A stretch of 22,870 bases of DNA from Candidatus Bathyarchaeia archaeon (lineage in GTDB: Archaea > Thermoproteota > Bathyarchaeia > Bathyarchaeales > Bathycorpusculaceae), in the NCBI GenBank assembly GCA_038883855.1, contig JAVZLH010000016.1:1-22870 (forward strand), in the 5' to 3' direction. The notes under the pieces are model-generated. The model ran no database searches, had not been told where the DNA came from, and saw only the letters and a list, made by a program, of their open reading frames with translations. How positions within the stretch are numbered: the stretch's first letter is position 1; every line of letters starts with the position of its first letter. Of the stretch, positions 1 through 8,354 are shown piece after piece. The translations under genes and the position numbers were made by a program.

Positions 1-180
1 CACACACTCCAAATAGCCCACAAAGAAGGGATAACCTTCTACGACGCCTCATACATAGCAACAGCTAGAAACGCGGAAGCCACCCTAGTAACAGAAGACG
101 AAAAACTAAAGAAAACAGCAAGCAAACTCATAAAAACAATAACATATTCAGACCTCGAAAGCAAACTGACTCAAACCTAA
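1..180 (+). CDS. PIN-domain (VapC-like) toxin/ribonuclease, C-terminal part (gene starts before the window)
   Basis: Manual frame-1 translation HTLQIAHKEGITFYDASYIATARNAEATLVTEDEKLKKTASKLIKTITYSDLESKLTQT*. The YDASYIA...LVTED motif is typical of archaeal PIN domains. Not in the ORF track. Confidence 0.85.
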   Translation, partial: HTLQIAHKEGITFYDASYIATARNAEATLVTEDEKLKKTASKLIKTITYSDLESKLTQT

Positions 181-231
181 CAGCAAAATGAAAGTGTATC
201 TGAAAACGCGCGATACCATAGATATAAGTTC

Positions 232-269
232 GGATAGGATTTTTCCTATCCATGCTAGACTACGGGCCC
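232..269 (-). other. tRNA 5'-half-like fragment (Arg-like) ending in a perfect palindrome; putative att site
   Basis: Minus strand 269->244 reads GGGCCCG TA GTCT AGCATGGATA GGA (acceptor 5' strand, U8A9, D-arm). It then breaks into GGATAGGA-AAAA-TCCTATCC (8-bp inverted repeat, 232-251). It lies immediately downstream of the integrase relic. Confidence 0.6.
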
Positions 270-309
270 AGCTCAAACTACGGCTATCTGAGCTTGAGTT
301 TAATAGTGT

Positions 310-905
310 TTTTCGCTTCTTAAACAATTTCCCGCTCTCTGTGTATTCGCCAATGGCATATGTATTGGTTGTCATAGTCTTTAAAGATCGAGCTGACAAG
401 CTGTATGTATGTTAGCGTATTTTCGGTTTTTCTGGGGCTGATGAATTGCGTTTCGTGGGAAATGTCTCTGGTGCGGTAGTACCCCACGGTGGCTTATTCT
501 CGCAGTTTCTTTTCCAGGTCTAGATTCGTCCATTTTAGGTTCCACACTTCCCTTGGTCTTACCCTTTTTCCTTTAGTGGCTGAAGGAAAACCGCGGTTTT
601 CTGGCCACAATTTGCTATTAGCGCATCTAATTCTATTCTGTGGGGGGTGGAGGGTGATTTTCTAACCATTTTGTATCTGGGCGTATTCCAAGTGCCACCA
701 TGTATTTTCAAGAAAAGCCGCGTTTAGTTGGGATTTTCAAAAACTTGTTCTGCCAACTGTTCTGAGTTCCACGTAGCCATGCTTTTTATTCAAGCGTGCT
801 CTAAGATTTTCCTTTGACGTCCGCTGTTGTTGTTTCTGTGGACCCGGCGCCCCGCTCATTGCAGTTCTGCGACCAAGTTTTTGTCTCCGCCAAGGAGACG
901 CATGT
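310..905 (-). pseudogene. Tyrosine recombinase/integrase pseudogene (frameshifts, stops, internal deletions)
   Basis: Manual minus-strand segments: ADVKGK(I)LEHA*IKKHGY; FLKIHGGTWNTPRYKMVRK...ELDALIANCGQKTAVFLQPLKEKG; VRPREVWNLKWTNLDLE (catalytic Arg box); ATVGYYRTRDISHETQFISPRKTENTLTYIQLV (degenerate H/Y box); GKLFKKRK. ORF 148..399 carries the tail frame. Confidence 0.8.
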
Positions 906-1003
906 TCTTTTCAAACACCTTGCCATGTTGTTCTCGGTAAGTAATGTCCCTATGCAGTTTTGCAGATCTAAAAATAAAGAAAAATTTTCTAGTTTTTGGG
1001 GGT

Positions 1004-1052
1004 AAAATATATTAAAACCGCTAACTTGACAATACGCAGAGTGCTGTGGTGA
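1004..1052 (+). promoter_or_regulatory. TATA-like box (TATATTAA, 1008-1015) and GGTGA ribosome-binding site (1048-1052) for the 1057 gene
   Basis: Sequence and spacing match archaeal promoter and Shine-Dalgarno consensus. Confidence 0.5.
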
Positions 1053-1056
1053 TTAA

Positions 1057-1857
1057 ATGATCACACCTGAAATGTTTTGGTCAGCGCCTTTTACAAAATC
1101 AGGTAAATCAGCTTTGGTGATTAGAGGTCCGTGGGTATATGCTATGAGTGGTATAGGTGCGCTTTATAAAGCAGATCCTAAATTGCTTAAAGATGTCACT
1201 CCTAAGCCGTTAGAAGTTGCTGACGGTGAGGTATTTGCATACCTGGTTGACATTATTTCTTGGAGCTCTAACGCTGCTGAATTAGTTGTTGAAGCTCCAG
1301 ATTTAATTCAGTATATGGAAGGGGCTTTTTTCGTTAAAGTAATTTACAATAATAAAAAGTACCTATACTGTCCATATATGTGGGTTGACAACGACTTACC
1401 GTTTCTTAGAGGTTTATTAGTTGGCTGGCCTAAGAAGTTAGCTAAGATTGCTATTACTAGACTTCACCCCTTACTTGAACATTTAGATAAGCCTAGAAAA
1501 GGTATTAAGTTAGGGGGTTATTTAACTAGAGCGGGTTCCATGTTATATAGGATCAAAGTAGAATTACTTACGGACTCACCAATTAATAAGATACCTCTAC
1601 TTACTGAATATCCATTCTTATTGCCCAGATATTTTGCTGGAGTAGCGCCTGGATTAGGAGCGATTAATGAGTTAATTGAATTTAATGGTGAGACTAATGC
1701 CATGGCTTGGGAGGGTATTGGTAAGTTAGAAATACTTGGCAGCGTTAATGATGAGTTAGAATCATTTAAACCTTTAAGTGATGTTAAAGGGTATTACTTC
1801 CTCCAATCGCTTAGTGTTAAAGGTTTAAAGAATGTTGGTAAGTTAGATGGGTTTTAA
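1057..1857 (+). CDS. Acetoacetate decarboxylase (ADC) family protein
   Basis: N-terminal P..GKS.L...PW.Y; Y.EG...V.V; YCPYMWVDND...RG...GWPKK motif carrying the Schiff-base Lys. AT-rich, with many T/A-ending codons. Confidence 0.85.
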   Translation: MITPEMFWSAPFTKSGKSALVIRGPWVYAMSGIGALYKADPKLLKDVTPKPLEVADGEVFAYLVDIISWSSNAAELVVEAPDLIQYMEGAFFVKVIYNNKKYLYCPYMWVDNDLPFLRGLLVGWPKKLAKIAITRLHPLLEHLDKPRKGIKLGGYLTRAGSMLYRIKVELLTDSPINKIPLLTEYPFLLPRYFAGVAPGLGAINELIEFNGETNAMAWEGIGKLEILGSVNDELESFKPLSDVKGYYFLQSLSVKGLKNVGKLDGF

Positions 1858-1879
1858 GCCATTATTTTACGGTCTGCTG

Positions 1880-2044
1880 CTATTCCCTTTTTCTGAAGAA
1901 TTTGACGCCGTTGTGTTCGAAGCTTTGTTCTATTAATTCGTCTTCTTCTTCAAGGTTAACCAGCTGCGCGTATACTAGCGTGTTTTTGATGTTTTTATGC
2001 CCAGGCAGATTTATTACGCATAAGATGTTAGCTTCTAAAAACAT
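1880..2044 (-). pseudogene. Integrase C-terminal relic (second copy)
   Basis: Manual translation MFLEANILCVINLPGHKNIKNTLVYAQLVNLEEEDELIEQSFEHNGVKFFRKRE*. This is the tyrosine-recombinase GH...NTL.Y box plus FRKR tail, with internal deletions. Confidence 0.8.
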
Positions 2045-2405
2045 GTTAAGTGGCCAAAGACTTCTAGAGAAACTATGGGACTTTTCCTTTTAACCACCAC
2101 GCTGAACAGTCAAAGTCAAACAACATCATAAAGTGGGTAAGACATCGTAAGAACAAGACGCCAAAATAAAATAACAAGTTTAACCTAATTACAATGTCTC
2201 TAAGCAGACAAAAGTTACATCCTTTGGCATAAATTCGAAAACGTTGATGTAATGTTTCCAGAGTTTTCGTCTTTCATTTAGACTACGTAGGTTAATGCGC
2301 GCTTACCTCAAATAACAAAAGCTTTATTTTTCTAGAATTTAAGCTGAAAATATGTTTGTTATGCCTAAAAATGGAGAATGACGCGTTAATGTTCGGGGAT
2401 TAGTT

Positions 2406-3395
2406 TTGAGAAAGAATTTTCTTTTGTTGGTTTGTTCCGTTGTTTACGCAGTGTTTATGATTGGTTATTTACTTTTCTTGACATTGTTATTACCGTCGAT
2501 GTCAGCTTATGAACCTGACTGGGTCGCTGAAGGAGTTTACGCTGAATATAATGTGGAAGAATACTTAGCCACTAGTTTGGCTGAAAAGGGTACATACGTT
2601 TGGAGAATTGTCTCCATACATGCGGGCTACAATGGAAAGGTCATAGCGAGGATTAATGAAACATATGATCTTGAATGGAAAACAGATGGATGGTATTCTT
2701 TTTGGGCAACAGAAATTCAGCCAACAGGGAGGATATGGGACATCGACATAAAAAACGGGATTATAAACTCGAGACCCCTATGGTTCAATCGGTATTTTAA
2801 CAGATACTTGCTAGACTTAAGCGATTTCAAGATAGGCAACGAAACCTTTGACGGAGAGTGTCTGGAAGAGATTTCAGTTCAAGGTGAAGTTTTCACGAGT
2901 ATAAGGCTTACGCGGCAGCTGCCTACATACTACAGAGTGGATGCTTACTGGTTTGATAAGGACACGGGGCTTCTTTTGAAGTATGCCCATGGCTTCAGAG
3001 ATAGGGCAACTCAAATGATTCTAAAGAGCACGAACATTAGTAGTAAAATAACGGGGAGTGAGGCGTTAACCGACCTACTTCTTCTCTTCCCACTCTTTAT
3101 TGTACCAATTGCCGGAGCGTTCACTGGGCTAATAATCATTGATAAAAGAAGATACAAAATCGACCAAAAATCATGGTTTTTATTTATTTTCTTTAACGGA
3201 ATAGTGTTGGCATTTGTTGCCAACTGGCCTTTTAGAATTCCATTAGGAAGACTTTCTTTAGGCATCTTTTATACGCCCACAATCATCTACAAGATAGCGG
3301 TGAATGCCTCACTATGGATGGGCACACTCGCTTTAGCTATTTTTTTCATCGATCGTTTCGCTTTTCCCATAATACAGCATTCGAACAAGAACTAG
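2406..3395 (+). CDS. Hypothetical membrane protein: N-terminal TM/signal, beta-rich external domain, about 3 C-terminal TM helices
   Basis: 329-aa ORF with a hydrophobic N-terminus, W...G.YAEY and YWFDKDTGLLLK motifs of archaeal surface proteins, and hydrophobic C-terminal segments. Confidence 0.7.
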   Translation: MRKNFLLLVCSVVYAVFMIGYLLFLTLLLPSMSAYEPDWVAEGVYAEYNVEEYLATSLAEKGTYVWRIVSIHAGYNGKVIARINETYDLEWKTDGWYSFWATEIQPTGRIWDIDIKNGIINSRPLWFNRYFNRYLLDLSDFKIGNETFDGECLEEISVQGEVFTSIRLTRQLPTYYRVDAYWFDKDTGLLLKYAHGFRDRATQMILKSTNISSKITGSEALTDLLLLFPLFIVPIAGAFTGLIIIDKRRYKIDQKSWFLFIFFNGIVLAFVANWPFRIPLGRLSLGIFYTPTIIYKIAVNASLWMGTLALAIFFIDRFAFPIIQHSNKN

Positions 3396-3663
3396 ATGCG
3401 TGCAGAACTTTCAAAATCATCAAAGAAAATAGTGTCTTCGCAATATTTCGATCTAAAATTTCACTTATAAACAAATAGCAAAAACCCTGATTTTCACGTT
3501 CTTTTAACGTTTATTAATTCTAATCAGTTTTGAAAGGAACGCAGTTTTCCACCTAAAAAGGAAGCATAGAGGTTTGAACTTGCAAAGACTCCTGAAACCG
3601 CAGCACAAAAGTAAACCTAAAAAACTTAACCAGCTACTTGGTGTGGCTTAATGTGGAGTGGGT

Positions 3664-4929
3664 TTAGTTGGCTTGTTCTTTCAGTCTTTTGATTTCTTCT
3701 GCGAGTAGTGGCAGGAATGTGCCTACGTCTGTGATTACGCCTATTGCTTGAGTTGAGCCTCTGTCGAGAAGTTTTGTAACCGCTGCAGGGTTTATGTCGA
3801 TACACACCAGTTTGACGGTTGAGGGAAGCATTTTTCCAACAGCTATGGCGTGCAATGTTGAAGCAAGCATTATAATCATCTTGACGTCTTTTAGCTGTTC
3901 TTTGTATTTTTGTTGGGCCACCACAGTGTCGGTTATAACGTCTGGTAGAGGGCCATCATCTCTGATTGAGCCAGCGAGGATGAAGGGTATGTCCTTTCTA
4001 ACACATTCATAGATTATTCCACTTTTCAGTATGCCTTTTTCCACGGCTTTTCTGAGATTTCCTGCTTTGTAAATGGTGTTTATGACTACAAGGTGGTGCC
4101 GACATCTCCCAACGGCTGTAGTGCCCTCTTGAAGCGAAACTCCTAAGGATGTTTTAAGCAAGGCAGCTTCTACATCATGGACTGCCAACGCATTACCTGA
4201 CAAAAGCGTGTCAACATAGCCTTCGCGTATGAGCGTGGCGAGAGCTGACGCTGCGCCTGTATGGACTACTGCGGGGCCAGCTACCACAGCAATTTTTCCG
4301 CCTGATTTTTTGATGTTATAGATGTCACGGGCTATTTGACGTATTATCACGGTTGCAGGTTTTTCGCTTGAGGCACCGCTGCTCATGAACTTGAACACAC
4401 CTGTGCTTTCACGGGGACGTTCCGGAGGCTTTACACGTATTCCTTCCTCGCCTGTAACGATTAAGTCTCCCTTTTTAATTTCTCGAATGGCTTTGCAGAC
4501 TGCTTTCTTGGCGACAGGTTCGATTACTATAACTTTATCCATTATGATGTTTTCAACGTTGACCCACTCACCTTTGTAATAAATTTGAGTTGGGTTATTT
4601 GTTGTAGAGTAGAAGTTGTCTGGAAACACCATGTCTGCTGGTGCAGGGGCAACCGTGACTTCATCCGTGCGATATGGAACAGCTCCAAGATGGTAAATTT
4701 CCTTCAATATGCTTTCCAGATGCTGCGGCGTTTTTCCTTTAACAAGAATGCGTGCGTAACTGGTGTCAGTTTTATGTTTTTCAGCCCTGAATTCTAGGGT
4801 TTCAAAGTCTCCGCCGAGTTCAATTATACGATCCCATATTCGCGTAAGTATCATAGAGTCTATTAAGTGGCCTTCAACTTCAATTTCCCTTCCGCTTTGA
4901 TGGGTATCGGCTTTTTCCGTCTGCGGCAT
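3664..4929 (-). CDS. TIGR00300-family protein (LOR/SDH bifunctional domain; ArgZ/AgrE C-terminal-like ornithine cyclodeaminase)
   Basis: EGHLIDSMIL, FYSTTN, GPAVVHTG, GNALAVHD, LAGSIRDDGPLPD, CIDINP and TKLLDRGS motifs. Confidence 0.9.
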   Translation of the reverse strand: MPQTEKADTHQSGREIEVEGHLIDSMILTRIWDRIIELGGDFETLEFRAEKHKTDTSYARILVKGKTPQHLESILKEIYHLGAVPYRTDEVTVAPAPADMVFPDNFYSTTNNPTQIYYKGEWVNVENIIMDKVIVIEPVAKKAVCKAIREIKKGDLIVTGEEGIRVKPPERPRESTGVFKFMSSGASSEKPATVIIRQIARDIYNIKKSGGKIAVVAGPAVVHTGAASALATLIREGYVDTLLSGNALAVHDVEAALLKTSLGVSLQEGTTAVGRCRHHLVVINTIYKAGNLRKAVEKGILKSGIIYECVRKDIPFILAGSIRDDGPLPDVITDTVVAQQKYKEQLKDVKMIIMLASTLHAIAVGKMLPSTVKLVCIDINPAAVTKLLDRGSTQAIGVITDVGTFLPLLAEEIKRLKEQAN

Positions 4930-5555
4930 TATCTACGTCTCCATATTATAGGCTATTTTGGTTACATCTCATTTAAAAGGAGTTTGAGTGCCGTTTTCCC
5001 AATACTGTTGAACTTACAGCCTAGCCTCTAAACCACACCAAAATGTTTGACGGGTAATCTTTTTTAATCTGAGGGTTGACCTTATAATTGCCGTTTGTGT
5101 TGTTGTTATTTACAAGGGAACAAGTTGCAACAACGTTCAAAGTTTGGATGACTTAAAGTTATTTTGTAGAAAAATGTGCTCGTGTAGCTTTTCATAATTT
5201 CAACTGTCGCTGGCGCAAAATAGGATTGTTCATGGCACTTAAACTGGTCAAGTTTAACTAAGAAGGCGTAATGTTCACTTGCCACTTGCCTACGGTCTCT
5301 CTGTACTAATATGGTCGCTTCTTGTTTTATCCGGGCTTCTTCATAAACGTTTCATCAATATTCACCGATGACCATGCAAGCCCACTTGCGTCTAAAACGT
5401 AGAAGATTGCGTTAATTAACTCTTCAACCTTTTACAAAAATTTGATGCGCGTCCTTTTTCGCAACCAAATTAAATTCTCAAAATCCCATAGGGAAAGACT
5501 GTTTTCTCTATGAAGTGCCAGGAGTTAATGAAATTATGTTTAGGCTGTGCGTCAA

Positions 5556-7163
5556 TCAACTTTGAGATCCTATAGCTCTTTTTAGCGCGTTAATTACGTT
5601 TTGCTTTCCCATGGCGAGGATGTATGGGCCCAGTCTTGGCCCTTGAGGTGCTCCTATAAGAATCGTGTATAGGGTTCCGAAGAATTTCTGTGGTTGTAAA
5701 CCGTGTTTTTTAGCTGTATTGAATATGGCGTTTTGTATTTTTTCCGCTTCTTCCTCCATCTTCAAGATTTCGATCAGCTCGATTATGGCGTTTTTCTCCT
5801 CTTTCTCTAGGCTTACCGGTGTTTCCTTTATTTCCTCAAATTCTTTTACCCAATTTAGAGCGTACTCAACCCTTTTCTTCAGGTCTTCGTCGAGCGGCTG
5901 ATTTTTCTGTAAATAGCCGTAGCTTTGAAGTTTCTCGGTTATAAACTCCATTTCTCTGCCTTTCGGCGCCATCTTAGCCAAAAAAGTTAACATGTTGTAG
6001 GGCACATGGACACTAGGCTTAGCCGGGGGTTTCAAAACCCAACAGTATTCATATAAGCCCTTCAATTTTGCCAGTTCTTTTTTGTCCGGCAACGTTTTTC
6101 TCCCGAAGTATAAGTCTTCAAGATAGTCGATTTCGTTCATGTAGAATGGGATGTCCGTAACATCTAAAGTGCGTGTTCCAACAAATCTTTTCAGCATAAG
6201 CAACAACAGCGATTGCGGCGAGCCATATTTAAACCAGACTTGAGGTGTGAAAACGTTTCCTGTGGATTTTGAAATTTTTCTTCCGCTCTTATCCAGAAAC
6301 ATCTCGTATTTCGCGTGGGAAGGTGGTTCATAGTTGAGTATTTCGCGGCAGATTCTGTCGTTGACGCGAACTGAGTCTGCTATGTCTTTGCCGTAAGCTT
6401 CAAATCTTATGTCGAGAGCTCTCCACCTAGCCGCAAACTCGCCTTTCCATGTTAGTTTTCCTTCGCCTTTCGCTACATTAGCTTCTCCTTTATAGCCGCA
6501 ACCTTCAATCCATCTTCCCTTAATCTCCATTCCCTCGCAGACATAGAGAACTTTGTCTTCTTTTGGTAAGTATTCTGTGGCTTTTGTTGTGTATATGCGC
6601 CCGCAGTTCCCGCAGACTGGGAAGTATGGAAGAACTTCCATATACCTTTCTTGTCCAACTTCTTCCTTGACGATTTCTCCGACTTTTTTTGCGTTTAGGA
6701 GTAATGTTCGTACTTCGTTGTTTAGCATTCCCTTTTCATATGCCTCTTTAGCGGATATGTAGCAGTATTCTATACCGCATTTGTCTAATGCCTCAAGCAG
6801 CAGCGAGCTCATATGCTTACCATAACTTTCGTGGCAGCCAAAAGGGTCTGGGATGCTGGAAACGGGGAATCCCAAAAATTTTTCCAGAGATTTCGGTAGT
6901 CCAGCGGGGACTCTCCGTAACCCGTCCTTGTCATCGCAAAAGGCAATAAGTTCAGAGCGGTAGCCTTGTTCTCTTAAAGCCAAGGTCACAGCGTAAGAGC
7001 GGGCAGCATCGCCTAAACTTCCAATGTGAGGAAAGCCCGAGGCGCCGAGACCCATTTCCGTTCTTATCATTTCTAGGCTTCTGCCAAGCTTCCGCTCTCG
7101 CTCGATTATTTTTTCAGCCATTTTGTCGTACCATGTGCCTCTGCCGATAATTTTCTTGCTCAT
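5556..7163 (-). CDS. lysS: Lysine--tRNA ligase, class I
   Basis: GASGFPHIGS (HIGH), Zn-binding CxxC, GKLTWK, EAYGKD, KISKSTGN (KMSKS) and GPRLG anticodon-domain motif. Likely start is MSKKIIG at 7163; the ORF track extends to 7199. Confidence 0.97.
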   Translation of the reverse strand: MSKKIIGRGTWYDKMAEKIIERERKLGRSLEMIRTEMGLGASGFPHIGSLGDAARSYAVTLALREQGYRSELIAFCDDKDGLRRVPAGLPKSLEKFLGFPVSSIPDPFGCHESYGKHMSSLLLEALDKCGIEYCYISAKEAYEKGMLNNEVRTLLLNAKKVGEIVKEEVGQERYMEVLPYFPVCGNCGRIYTTKATEYLPKEDKVLYVCEGMEIKGRWIEGCGYKGEANVAKGEGKLTWKGEFAARWRALDIRFEAYGKDIADSVRVNDRICREILNYEPPSHAKYEMFLDKSGRKISKSTGNVFTPQVWFKYGSPQSLLLLMLKRFVGTRTLDVTDIPFYMNEIDYLEDLYFGRKTLPDKKELAKLKGLYEYCWVLKPPAKPSVHVPYNMLTFLAKMAPKGREMEFITEKLQSYGYLQKNQPLDEDLKKRVEYALNWVKEFEEIKETPVSLEKEEKNAIIELIEILKMEEEAEKIQNAIFNTAKKHGLQPQKFFGTLYTILIGAPQGPRLGPYILAMGKQNVINALKRAIGSQS

Positions 7164-7299
7164 TATCGTCATGCTCCTTATAGGATAATTAATAAGCAAA
7201 TAAAAACGTTACAGAAAATAGCACATTGGCGTTTTCTTTAAAATCTGTAATTAACTAAACAGTAGGCAAAATGGAATAAAAGATAAAAATGTTGTGGGG

Positions 7300-8337
7300 T
7301 TATTGCTCGAGTTTTGCTCCGCAGTTGGGGCAGAACTTAACTCCAGCTTGGATTTCGCTGTTGCATTTTGGACATTTAATGGTGGCTTGTAACGGTGTTC
7401 CGCAGTTGCCGCAGAATTTTGTTCCAGCGGGGTTTGATGTGCCGCATTTTAGGCAAGTGATGCCGGCTGCTTGTAGTGGTGCGCCACAGTTGCTACAGAA
7501 TTTTGCCGTTTGCGGATTTTGGAAGTTGCATTTTGGACATAATACCATTGTTTGTGTAGGTGCTGGTGCTGCTGGTTGTTGAAACAGAGGCGGAATTATG
7601 GCTACTCCAGCTCCGACGGCTGCTCCGGGGCTTTTTGATAGGCTTTCTGCTGATTTTTGAACTGTTTCCATTCTTAGAACTTCTGTTGCACCAACTCCAG
7701 TTTTTATGTAGAATAATCTGTCTCTCCACTCTGGGGTTGTGTCGATTCCTTCAAATTTCACATCGATTAATTCAAGACCTATCCGTGAAAAGGCGTCGAA
7801 GAGCACGTTTTTTGCGAGAAGGCTTGTTTCGTCAAGTTTGCCGTATACGTCTGCCAGCGAATATTGGCTTAAAGTGTCAATGAGCCTTTCATTAAAGTAT
7901 CCTCTGAGAAAGTTTTGCAGTCCATCTGTGGTGAAAGCTCCTTGCCCGCCTACAACTTCGTTGACAAAGAGGTTTGGTTCTTCAACTCTGAACCAGAAAC
8001 CGCCAAAGAACTTAAGCGGTGCAAGCTCTTTGGTTTGTCCTTGCGCTCCAAACTTTCCTTGGAACTGTTTTAAAGAGACAAAGATGACGGTTGCTCTGAA
8101 AGGAACTTTGTCGAACCCAGCGATTTTTGAAATTATTTTTGTTAGTAATGGGAGGTTTGCTGTTGTCAAGACATGGCGTCCAGCTCTGAAAACGTCGTAG
8201 GCCTTTCCGTCTCTGAAGAAAACCGCGGCTTCATATTCGTGGACGACGAGGTTGTCTCCCCACACAATTTCTTCGACGGGGTATCTCCAAACGATGTCTC
8301 CTTCTCTTGCTCCAACCCACTCAATGACTTTTGGCAC
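7300..8337 (-). CDS. SPFH (Band_7_1) domain protein with three C-terminal double-zinc-ribbon units; YdjI-like
   Basis: VIEW...IVWRYP...LVVHEYEAAVFFRDGK...G.H.LTT.NLP SPFH N-terminus, a Pro/Ala/Gln linker, and three C-x2-C...KFC-x2-CG units. GTG start. Confidence 0.9.
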   Translation of the reverse strand: MPKVIEWVGAREGDIVWRYPVEEIVWGDNLVVHEYEAAVFFRDGKAYDVFRAGRHVLTTANLPLLTKIISKIAGFDKVPFRATVIFVSLKQFQGKFGAQGQTKELAPLKFFGGFWFRVEEPNLFVNEVVGGQGAFTTDGLQNFLRGYFNERLIDTLSQYSLADVYGKLDETSLLAKNVLFDAFSRIGLELIDVKFEGIDTTPEWRDRLFYIKTGVGATEVLRMETVQKSAESLSKSPGAAVGAGVAIIPPLFQQPAAPAPTQTMVLCPKCNFQNPQTAKFCSNCGAPLQAAGITCLKCGTSNPAGTKFCGNCGTPLQATIKCPKCNSEIQAGVKFCPNCGAKLEQ

Positions 8338-8354
8338 TCCAATTTCACCTCCTT

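Noticed and set aside
148-1005. Short ORFs 148..399, 188..415 and 814..1005 as independent genes
   Set aside because: They overlap the integrase pseudogene. 148..399 is partly its tail frame and the others are antisense shadows.
1902-2400. ORF 1902..2093 and a possible gene remnant at about 2050-2170
   Set aside because: Mostly antisense to relic 2. The remainder (GQRLLEKLWDFSF...) could not be assigned to any family.
2781-2810. FNRY-FNRY peptide duplication
   Set aside because: Only four residues with different codons; compatible with chance.
3408-3536. 9-bp inverted repeat CTTTCAAAA/TTTTGAAAG as a MITE
   Set aside because: Short and AT-rich, with no target-site duplication or second copy seen.
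4930-5555. Long intergenic region as an ncRNA or pseudogene
   Set aside because: Probably decayed coding DNA, but no recognisable motif or stable structure was found.
7300-7550. Cys-rich repeated units as a DNA repeat array or CRISPR
   Set aside because: These are degenerate coding repeats of the Zn-ribbon units. No repeat-spacer array was seen anywhere in the window.
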